In this document: positions 53,223 to 64,000 of the stretch, piece by piece
How positions within the stretch are numbered: the first letter of the stretch is position 1
How the letters are laid out: every line of letters starts with the position of its first letter
Source: Octopus sinensis
Lineage: Eukaryota
Length of the DNA stretch: 64,000 bases
Direction of reading: 5' to 3'
Assembly (NCBI RefSeq): GCF_006345805.1
Contig: NC_043008.1
Coordinates: 56,854,001-56,918,000 of the forward strand
The notes under the pieces: model-generated
Database searches by the model: none
What the model saw: only the letters and a program-made list of their open reading frames with translations
Told to the model about the DNA's origin: nothing
Position numbers and translations under genes: made by a program

Positions 53223-55007
53223 GGCTATTTGAAAACGTTATGAAAAAATACCGTTAAAAATGAAGGGAAATTACTCTGTTACAACTCTGCTTTGCCTGCG
53301 TACTTATACATCGCTCGCATTTTTCGTCATAAAAATTATATAAAAATACATAAAAATATATAAAAATATATAAAATCTTCTTGGGACATAACACAGAAAG
53401 CATGTTCTATCCGTTTTCTTTAGGGGACCAAAAACGTAACAGAAATTTAGTCACATGTGGGCATGATCCGAAAAGCTCTGTCCTTGTATTTAGACATGTG
53501 GTAGGGTCTAAGCTGCTTTTCCAGATAAGCCATCTCTCCATGTCGCATAAACCGCACCTTCCGCTGCCGTTAGTATAGGGCTTACATCTGGCAAAATCTT
53601 CCATTGTATGTTATAATCGACACCTTTATCTCTTAAAGACCAAATATGATTGGATAATTGTGTCGCTTTTCTTTTGTTCCAGTGCCTAAAGGTCAAAGTG
53701 TGGTTATTGAACCTGGCCTTGAAATTACCCTCTGTCAGGCCCACGTATTTCTTCGTCGAAACGGTGTCTTTAGTGGTTATAGAGTTTACGGTAGCTTCAT
53801 ATATGATGGTCTTGGACATGCAAGCTCCATTTAGCGGGCACAATTCTTTATTCCTGCATGAACAGCTGTTTTCTTCTTGTGTTTTTTGTATGTTATGATT
53901 GATTATGTTTTTAAAATTGGTAGTTGAACTAAAACTAATTTTTAAATTGTGTCTATTGAAGAGTTTCCTATAAGCATGGTTAACTGGAAAATGTCTATCT
54001 ATCAGTGCTAGGAAATATTTACCTATATTGAAGGCCACCTCGGGTGAGTAAGGGGGCGTAAACCAGATGACCTTCCTATTTCTATTATTCCTTTTCCTTA
54101 TTGTTGGGCTGGTGATAGTGTATATTTTATTTTTTCGCTAAAACCACTATCTTTTAAAGCTTTATTATAAACTGGGGCAACGCTATTGAAGATGTCCTCA
54201 TTAGATGAGAGGTTAGAAATCCTCTTACTAATATTTTTAACTAAATTTTTGAATACTATAGGAAACTCTTCAATAGACACAATTTAAAAATTAGTTTTAG
54301 TTCAACTACCAATTTTAAAAACATAATCAATCATAACATACAAAAAACACAAGAAGAAAACAGCTGTTCATGCAGGAATAAAGAATTGTGCCCGCTAAAT
54401 GGAGCTTGCATGTCCAAGACCATCATATATGAAGCTACCGTAAACTCTATAACCACTAAAGACACCGTTTCGACGAAGAAATACGTGGGCCTGACAGAGG
54501 GTAATTTCAAGGCCAGGTTCAATAACCACACTTTGAGCTTTAGGCACTGGAACAAAAGAAAAGCGACACAATTATCCAATCATATTTGGTCTTTAAGAGA
54601 TAAAGGTGTCGATTATAACATACAATGGAAGATTTTGGCCAGATGTAAGCCCTATACTAACGGCAGCGGAAGGTGCGGTTTATGCGACATGGAGAGTTGG
54701 CTTATCTGGAAAAGCAGCTTAGACCCTACCACATGTCTAAATACAAGGACAGAGCTTTTCGGATCATGCCCACATGTGACTAAATTTCTGTTACGTTTTT
54801 GGTCCCCTAAAGAAAACGGATAGAACATGCTTTCTGTGTTATGTCCCAAGAAGATTTTATATATTTTTATATATTTTTATGTATTTTTATATAATTCTTA
54901 TGACGAAAAATGCGAGCGATGTATAAGTACGCAGGCAAAGCAGAGTTGTAACAGAGTAATTTCCCTTCATTTTTAACGGTATTTTTTCATAACGTTTTCA
55001 AATAGCC

Positions 55008-55070
55008 AGATAACCGAAGAGATGGTGTTGTGGATTTCCACTTCGGCATCTGAAACTCAGAGTTTTATCT
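55008..55070 (+). ncRNA. Variant type I hammerhead-like motif (PLE copy 2)
   Basis: agauaa-CCGAAGA-gaug[...gugg auuu ccac...]cauc-u-GAAA-cuc a gag-UU-uuaucu. 6-bp stem I, stem II, palindromic stem III; deviations are U4C and one extra nt before G12. Confidence 0.6.
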
Positions 55071-55274
55071 TGACTACCGAGTAATGTAACATATTGTATA
55101 GATAAATTTCCTCTATTTACATAATATTGAGGTCTCTTTCTTTCTTTTGTATCTTACCGTTTTATCAATAAATCACCTCCCGGACGACGTTATTCTCAAC
55201 TAAGAGCTAATACGACCTTTTTGGGATTATCGCCTAACATCGGTTGAGGACTCTCACAAACAAAAGAATCTAAT

Positions 55275-57370
55275 ATGGACGCATATCACATAGATTATTC
55301 TATGAAAAATATACCGATCCCATCAAAGGATTTTTACTCTAAGAAACTTCTGCAAAAAATTATTGATGTAATTAAGCGTATGAGATGGAAGGCTTTCTTT
55401 TTTGACACAGAAGCGAACACCAAGGAAAACATTTGCTATCGGATAAAATCCAAAAAATTCCCTCCTAGGATTAAAGGCTTGGAAGATTTCGAAGCGGACC
55501 TGCTGAAGATCATGAGCAAAATAAAGTTTCGTAAGTCTTTTAACAATTTCCAACATAAATTGAAAAAAGATATTGATCATATAAAAAGCTCCAAGAAAAA
55601 AGCACTTTTTTCGGATAAAACCAAGAACTTATACCTGGTAGATAACAGCAAATTCACACAACTCTTACACAACAGCATCATTAATAATTATACTAAGGCT
55701 AGGGCACAGACATATAACGAAATTAATAAAGAAGCTAGCGTCATCGCCGCTAAACTTAAATTAGATAAAAAAATAGAAACCCTCCCCCAAAAAGAGGCTT
55801 TATTACTATTAAAGACCACAAAGAAAACTTCCTTTCCAACCCTAAATGTAGGCTTATCAACCCAGCCAAGTCAGAACTAGGGATTATTAGCAAAGAAATT
55901 TTAGATAAAATAAATACGAAAATTAAGACCGATACTAGGCTAGTGCAATGGTCCAATAGTATAGAAGTCGTAGACTGGTTTAAAGCTATTAAGAATAAGA
56001 AAAAAGCGAGGTTTACACAATTCGATATTGTTGATTTTTATGCCTCTATCTCTAAAGAACTGCTAGATAAAGCCCTAATCTTCGCTAGTGACTTCATAGA
56101 AATTAGTACCAATGATAAGGATATAATCATCCATGCTAGAAAGACATTACTTTTCAGTGAGAATGCAAAGTGGGTAAAAAACACCGACACGGAGGGCGCT
56201 TTCGATGTGAGCATGGGTTCATATGATGGGGCAGGCATCTGTGATCTAATTGGACTCTTTCTCCTAGATACCTTCGGTAAGACATTCCCTAACGTACATT
56301 TCGCCATCTACAAAGATGATGCCCTCGCCTCCTAACAGCTAATACAAATGGACCAGCACAAGATCGTTTTAGGAAGGATATTATCCAGTTAATGAAACAC
56401 TTCGGACTTAGTATAACTATAGACACTAACCTGACGGTTGTCAATTCTTAGACGTTTCCTTAGATCTTAATAATAATATTTATAAGCCTTATAGGAAGCC
56501 CAATGATAGACTAAGTTATATTAATGTAGGTTCATGCCATCCCCCTATAGTATTCAAAAATTTAGTTAAAAATATTAGTAAGAGGATTTCTAGCCTCTCA
56601 TCTAATGAGGACATCTTCAATAGCGTTGCCCCAGTTTATAATAAAGCTTTAAAAGATAGTGGTTTTAGCGAAAAAATAAAATATACACCTATCACCAGCC
56701 CAACAATAAGGAAAAGAAATAATAAATAGGAAGGTCATCTGGTGGCCTTCAATATAGGTAAATATTTCCTAGCAGATAGATAGACATTTTCCAGTTAACC
56801 ATGCTTATAGGAAACTCTTCAATAGACACAATTTAAAAATTAGTTTTAGTTCAACTACCAATTTTAAAAACATAATCAATCATAACATACAAAAAACACA
56901 AGAAGAAAACAGCTGTTCATGCAGGAATAATGAATTGTGCCCGCTAAATGGAGCTTGCATGTCCCAGACCATCATATATGAAGCTACCGTAAACTCTATA
57001 ACCACTAAAGAAACCGTTTCGACGAAGAAATACGTGGGCTGACAGAGGGTAATTTCAAGGCCAGGTTCAATAACCACACTTTGAGCTTTAGGCACTGGAA
57101 CAAAAGAAAAGCGACACAATTATCCAATCATATTTGGTCTTTAAGAGATAAAGGTGTCGATTATAACATACAACGGAAGATTTTGGCCAGATGTAAGCCC
57201 TATACTAACGGCAGCGGAAGGTGCGGTTATGCGACATGGAGAGATGGCTTATCTGGAAAAGCAGCTTAGACCCTACCACATGTCTAAATACAAGGACAGA
57301 GCTTTTCGGATCATGCCCACATGTGACTAAATTTCTGTTACGTTTTTGGTCCCCTAAAGAAAACGGATAG
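55275..57370 (+). pseudogene. PLE ORF (reverse transcriptase plus GIY-YIG endonuclease), broken by small indels
   Basis: N-terminal KNIPIP...KRMRWKAFF. RT motifs FDIVDFYASI, VSMGSYDG, YKDD, and (frame-corrected) NFLDVSL. Endonuclease IIYEATV...YVGLTEGNFKARFNNH...CGLC. The architecture resembles the Neptune group as recalled. Confidence 0.93.
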
Positions 57371-57559
57371 AACATGCTTTCTGTGTTATGTCCCAAGAAG
57401 ATTTTATATATTTTTTTATATATTTTTATGTATTTTTATAAATAATTTTTATGACGAAAAATGCGAGCGATGTATAAGTACGCAGGCAAAGCAGAGTTGT
57501 TAACAGAGTAATTTCCCTTCATTTTTAACGGTATTTTTTCATAACGTTTTCAAATAGCC

Positions 57560-57622
57560 AGATAACCGAAGAGATGGTGTTGTGGATTTCCACTTCGGCA
57601 TCTGAAACTCAGAGTTTTATCT
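57560..57622 (+). ncRNA. Variant type I hammerhead-like motif (PLE copy 3)
   Basis: Identical to 55008-55070, 2552 bp downstream. Confidence 0.6.
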
Positions 57623-57748
57623 TGACTACCGAGTAATGTAACATATTGTATAGATAAATTTCCTCTATTTACATAATATTGAGGTCTCTTTCTTTCTTTT
57701 GTTATCTTACCGTTTTATCAATATATATATATATATATATATTTACAC

Positions 57749-57780
<32 letters not shown>

Positions 57781-58043
57781 TATAATATATATACATACAT
57801 ATATAATATATACATACATATATATATATACATACATAATATTATATACATACATATATATATATACATATATATACATATATATGTGTGTGCATGTATG
57901 TATTACATATAATATATTAATTATATACTACACACACATATATTTATAACATATATATTATTTATTTTTATATATATATATATATACGTATGTATATATA
58001 TGTATATATTATGTTAATATAATATTATATATATATGTATATA

Positions 58044-58075
<32 letters not shown>

Positions 58076-58479
58076 CGTGTGTGTGTAGATACATACACAC
58101 AAATGCTTCTGTGTGTATATGTGCTTTATGTAAGCTTGTATGTGTGGATGTATCTATGTTTGCGTTTGTTAACTAATCGTCAAGCGATATTTTTTTTTCT
58201 TTTAGTTTGTAAACCGCTTTATTGCTACACCTCCTATTATCAACACGACTGTAGCGTTGATATGTTTGGATATCAATAAACTTGGTCATGTGCGTAATAT
58301 TCGAATATAAAAGTAAAAGTCACGATTGGAATTGAAGAAATAAATACGACAAAACTGGAAAAAGAACTACAAACGGTGATGATGGTGGTTTTTATTAAGT
58401 CACACGATGTGGCGTCCATATCATACCCAATAAGTCACGCCCCAAACGACTAAAATAGAATAAAAGACGGATGTTAGTA

Positions 58480-58736
58480 ATCAATGACTAAATATATTAT
58501 GCAAATAAAGGAAACCTATGACGACTACGAGGTTGGGAACGGTTACAATGATTTCGATGATGATCATGATGACCATGATCAGAAGTGGTTGTGTGGTAAG
58601 AAGCTTGCTTGCCAACCACATGGTTCCGGGCTCAGTCCCAGTGCGTGGCATCTTGGGCGAGTGTCTTCTGCTATAGCCCCGGGCCGACCAATGCCTTGTG
58701 AGTGGATTTGGTAGACAGAAACTGAAAGAAGCCCAT

Positions 58737-58768
<32 letters not shown>

Positions 58769-59655
58769 AGTATGTGTGTATATGTTTGTGTGTCTGTGTT
58801 TGGCCCCCCTAGCGTTGCTTGACAACCGATGCTGGTGTGTTTACGTCCCCGTCACTTAGCGGTTCGGCAAAAGAGACCGATAGAATAAGTACTGGGCTTA
58901 CAAAGAATAAGTCCCGGGCTCGATTTGCTCGACTAAAGGCGGTGCTCCAGCATGGCCGCAGTCAAATGACTGAAACAAGTAAAAGAGTAAAAGAGAGAGA
59001 ATCACTAAATATATTAAGCAAATAAAGGAAACCAATGACGACTACGAGGTTACAATGATTTCGATGATGATCATGATGATCATGATCATAAGAGGTGCAG
59101 AAGGGGTTGTGTGGTAAGTAGCTTGCTTACCAACCATATGGTTCCGGGATCAGTCCCACTGCGTGGCACCTTGGGCAAGTGTCTTCTACTATAGCCTTGG
59201 GCCAATCAAAGCCTTGTAAGTGGATTTGATATATGTATATGTATATCACGTCGTATATATGTATATGTATATCACGTGACGTGATGTACATATACATATA
59301 TCACGTGACCGACCAGGCTATCATATGTTGCTACACATCGCTGGTCACAATGCGCTTCGCATTGTTTTAGCCTTCGAATGATGCCACCCCGCTGGCTATA
59401 TATATATATATGTTTGTGTGTGTATATGTTTGTGTGTGTATATGTTTGTGTGTCTGTCCCCCTAACATTGCTTGACAGCCGATGCTGGTGTGTTTACGTC
59501 ACCTCCAATTAGCGGTTCGGAAAAAGTGTCCGATAGAATAAGTACTAGGCTTACAAAGAATAAGTACCGGTGTCGATTTGCTCGACTAAAGGCGGTGCTC
59601 CAGCATTGCCGCAGTCAAATGACTGAAACAAGTAAAAGAGTAAAAGAGTAAGAGT
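58480..59655 (+). repeat. Tandem duplication of a ~100-bp flank plus SINE B; the second SINE carries a nested SINE C tail
   Basis: actaaatatatta.gcaaataaaggaaacc.atgacgactacgagg...gatgatcatgat precedes both B copies. 59300-59397 matches tail type 3 of family C. Confidence 0.85.
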
Positions 59656-59793
59656 ATAATAATGATCATGGTGAAGGGGGTGGGGGATTCTGATGGTAAT
59701 AATGGTGAGGATGATGACGATAGTTATGACTGATCAGTTTCAGTAGTGTTGTGGGTTAAAGAACAATAGCAAAGTGAGCCCTATCTATCTGTG

Positions 59794-59867
<74 letters not shown>

Positions 59868-59868
<1 letters not shown>

Positions 59869-60033
59869 TAGGCGCAGGAGTTGGTTGCGCGGTATGTAGG
59901 TTGCTTACCAACCACATGGTTCCGGGTTCAGTCTCACTGCGTAGAACCATGGGCAGGTGTCTTCTACTATGGCCTCGGGCCGACCAAAGCCTTGTGAGTA
60001 GTTTTGTTAAACGGAAACTGAATGAAGCCCGTC

Positions 60034-60094
<61 letters not shown>

Positions 60095-60225
60095 TGTATA
60101 TGTTTGTCCCCCAGCATCGATTGACAACCGATGCTGGTGTGTTTACATCCACGAAACTTAGCGGTTCAGCAAAACTGATCGATAGAATAAGTACTAAGGT
60201 CACAAAAGTATAAGTCCTCTGGTCG
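59868..60225 (+). mobile_element. SINE family B
   Basis: ggcgcaggagttggttgcgcggta...gggttcagtctcactgcg...gatagaataagtac. Confidence 0.85.
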
Positions 60226-63200
60226 AATAAAAGAACATATATATATATATATATACATTATATATATACATACATATATGCATGTATTTATGTGTCTACA
60301 TTGCCGGATATTTCTGCAAAATTGATCGCAATTTGTTGTTAAAGGTATAAGAAGGTGGAGCGGGCTGATAACGTTAATACAAAATTTAGACGAAAGGAAT
60401 TTTTCGATGAACAAGGTACTCATAGTATTTCTTGTTAAATCGATTCGTACGCATAAGTAGATAAATAGAATGTGTAGACTGTCGGGCAAATTGTCGCGTG
60501 ATTTTTCGTGATGTCCATTTTCGTTCAAAATCTATTTTCGTTTTGGGTCGATAAAATAAGGACTACCAAAATCCTGGAACACATTGAGTAGTTTACGTTT
60601 TCCATTGAAATTGGTCTCTGTGTCGTTTGGTTGAAACTCGATTTTATAAACCCGATTCGATTGATTTCACTGTTCTTCCTTGGGGTTGCTTCAAGGCAAA
60701 GTAAATTAGAATGTAAAATAAAATCATAAAATAATGTTATCTGATTAGATTGTTTTGTAACAAGACAGAATATCATAAATCTGCCAGAAGATTTAGGATG
60801 AATTATGTCTCCCTGAATGTGTTATTGGCACTTTGTTATCGATCCCTAATGGAGACTTGTAATTCAGCGCAAATTGAACCCCTAACTTACTGAAACTTAA
60901 CAAAACACGCAAAGAAAATTTACTAAAAGTGATAAATGGAAGCGGTTAATTGCCTCGAAAACTTGTTGAGTGCGTCACTAAAACCTACGTGTCACTTTAT
61001 TCAGTCTATTTCAGTCAGAAATTTCGAGACGAGGAATATAGTCTGCCACACACCAACACATTTCTTTTTTCTTTCATTCTTTTTTTTTTTTTCTTTTTCT
61101 ACTCTGACCGAACTAACAAATTCGGAAGTTTAAATGAGAAAGCTATAATTAGGCTAATTTGAAATCAGAAATTAAATGCCGTTTATATTTCCTTCTACAA
61201 TAGGCGGAAATAATGAAATGCAAAGTCAACTTTATCGGAGTTTAAACTCCGAACGTACTGCCGGAGGATATGCTCCTAGGCATTTTGTCCGGCGTGTCAA
61301 CAAATCTATCAGCTCACAACCTTGATTATCGATTATATATTAAAATCTAATGTTTTCTAACTTGTCACAAAAAATGTCACAAGAAGGTGTCTAACATATC
61401 ACAAGAAGGAAAAACCGTAAAGTCGATTATATTGACCACAGTAGACGATTGAATTCTTTTATTTTCTTTACACTATTCTTTTGTTTTTCTTTTGTTCCCT
61501 CCAAAGAGATGAAATATAAATCTGTCTTTGCCAATATTAGAACTCAAAACGTACAGGTAAGTTAGTAAACACCGCCTGTCATTTTGCGGAGATAACCAAT
61601 ACGAAGCGGATTATTGCTGCAAAACACCATGTCTCAAAAGCTCTGCTGTGTAGAGTTAATACTAGATCGAACGCATTTTTATAACTGTATGACGTATAGC
61701 AACAGCTTTGTGCTTACACTTTTACGCCTTAAGTAACAGAGATTGAAAGAACACCACTGACAAAATTACTAGCAGCCTTGATATGTAATAAAAAAAGTTC
61801 TCATTCTTTAAAGCTATGCTTAAATATTGTTATTTATCATTTATTCACTTGAAAACTTAATATGGTTTCAGACTTATAAAAAAAGTTGTTATTGATGTCA
61901 CTTAGCTCGAATCATCCATCTTCATTTCTTTATCGAAATAGATAAATGAGTGAAATTTTATAAAAAAAAAAAAAAAATTTAAAAAAAAACGAAAGAAACA
62001 ATAAAATAAATAAACTTTCTACTGAGCTTCACGCTTGTGATTTAAAATGGACATAATTCTGATATTAGCTTCTCAACATTACATTTTAATCAGATTTATT
62101 TAGAATATAATCGATTACTTTTTAACAGAAATGTATTGATTTCTTTTAGCAAGCACCGGTTTGTATCATTGTTTAGGTATCTAATTATTTATTTACTTTT
62201 TAGATTATTTCTTAAAAACTTATGAAGTTCATTTAGTGAAATTGCAGACAGTATCTTACCAATATTTCATTGTGTGTATGATAAAATGAGAATAAATTTA
62301 AACTCGCTTTAATTTTGCCTCAGAATAGCGAGACTGAGATTTTGTTATATTAAATCACTAAAAGGAAGCTAGGTGATTATTTTATCAGATCACCTGCAGG
62401 TAAAGAATCATGATTTCTTAAACCATTAACTCTAAACAGTATGCTTAACACTCAATTTAACTAATAACCCAAAATATCAAAAATTTCAATATCTAAATCC
62501 ATTCACCAATTATAAATAGATGCTATCAGGTAGCTAATATTTATCGCTAGTAGCCACACAGGCGTTTAATTCACAAGTGTTCTATGTAGATTATAATATA
62601 AAGACACTGCACGTTTTATGCGTAGGACATGCTGAGGGAAAAAACGAAGCTACTTCAGTGTAATCTTCATTAAACATTGTTGAAATGAGAATTTTCTCTT
62701 AAGAATTTGTCCTCTAGATTATTCTTCATGGCCGAACTTTCGGCTCGATTTAGAAGATGGCTCACAACACATGCCTCAAAGATGGCAACCTTTGTGGATA
62801 CTTAAATTATTTAGTTGCTAGCTGTTTTAAAGCTTGATATACCTACTTCAGATTAGTAACTCACTTTTAAGGGAAACCTTAATCATGGCAACATGGAAAA
62901 CAAGAAAAACAAGGCACTGAGTCAGTGACCTTCGTGTGTGGCGTGTCATTGTTGGAACAAATTGGCTGGTAGCTTTCACCTTCATCTATGGTCAAATATT
63001 CGGTTTTCTGTGCAGAGTGAAACACGCTAACATTGACTACAACATTCTATACCCTTATATATCATTCATGAACTTCTAAGAAATTCCAAGATTGCTTTGA
63101 TAATAGTTACAGCATGCAGGCTTCTCTAGAAGGCTCAAAATATCTTGTGGAATCAACAAAAGACCAAATCAGAGATTTATGAAAATATTCTACTCATCAC

Positions 63201-64000
63201 TACTATTATTGTAGAACACTGAATAGGTTTTAATGACTAGTGCTATCACTGTGAACGCCGTGCCTTATTAGACGGGATATTTCGAAAACTTCCACACCAC
63301 AACAGAGGAAGGAGGCCACTCAACAACATTTATGTCATTGCAGGAACACACAGGATGATATTGATGATTTCCGGTTGCGCGAAGAAGTTTATTCTATTTT
63401 CCACATCAATACATCGCTAAGTAGAATGAAGTCGATGATTCACTGATTAGGTCTAATAAAACTGTGCATCAAAATCTTATGTTTTAGGTTGGAACATGGT
63501 CGTTATAACTGACGCTTCTACTTAACTTTTATTTATTGCCTCGAACACGAAATGATGATAGGTAAAAGTGGCGTCGGCTGGGTTTGGGCAAAGAACATAA
63601 AAGAACCAAAGACATATTATTAATGCTTCTACGTATCTTGTCGATCCACATCCTTTCATTTTTATTAATGTTAACTATAGCGATTCCTGACAGAGATGCA
63701 AGGTGACGAATTTGATAAAAGGATTTAAGTAATTAGATTATCTTCTATATATCGTTGAGATTTAACCAAGATGAAGAAGTGCAGTTTTCATGACCATTTT
63801 CAGTTTCATGGTCTGGTAAGGAAATACCAGAAGGAAAAAATTACAAAACGTGCTGCAGCTGTCAAATGCAGCACATCAGGTTATGAGAATATCGGTGTAT
63901 CTATCCCGACACGAGAAAGAAAAACGAGAATATTTTCATTAGACAAGACACTGCTAATAATATTCGAAGTTCAGCAAGTGATTATTTCTACTCCTCAAAA

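Overview
AT-rich, microsatellite-dense eukaryotic DNA with no supportable host protein-coding exon. Nearly all long ORFs in the track are translations of simple repeats. From memory, the SINE families and (TA)n/(ATT)n/(GAA)n density look like an Octopus (cephalopod) genome; this is inference, not verified. Main content: (1) three tRNA-derived SINE families, called A, B and C here, with dozens of copies, including head-to-tail arrays with an invariant junction and C copies that share a head but have different tails; (2) a young Penelope-like element (PLE; RT plus GIY-YIG) at 53.1-57.7 kb with an inverted copy and a tandem pseudo-LTR, each carrying a variant type I hammerhead-like motif; (3) two short (TA)n-embedded elements with minimal hammerhead motifs (retrozyme or solo pseudo-LTR-like), plus a weaker third motif; (4) a Tc1 IR/DR element, mariner fragments, a non-autonomous Helitron, a decayed LINE ORF1 with a CCHC knuckle, and probable RTE and older PLE fragments; (5) several long palindromes and inverted repeats, one with mirrored (TTC)n/(GAA)n outer arms. 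Coordinates were read by eye; boundaries of degenerate copies are approximate.
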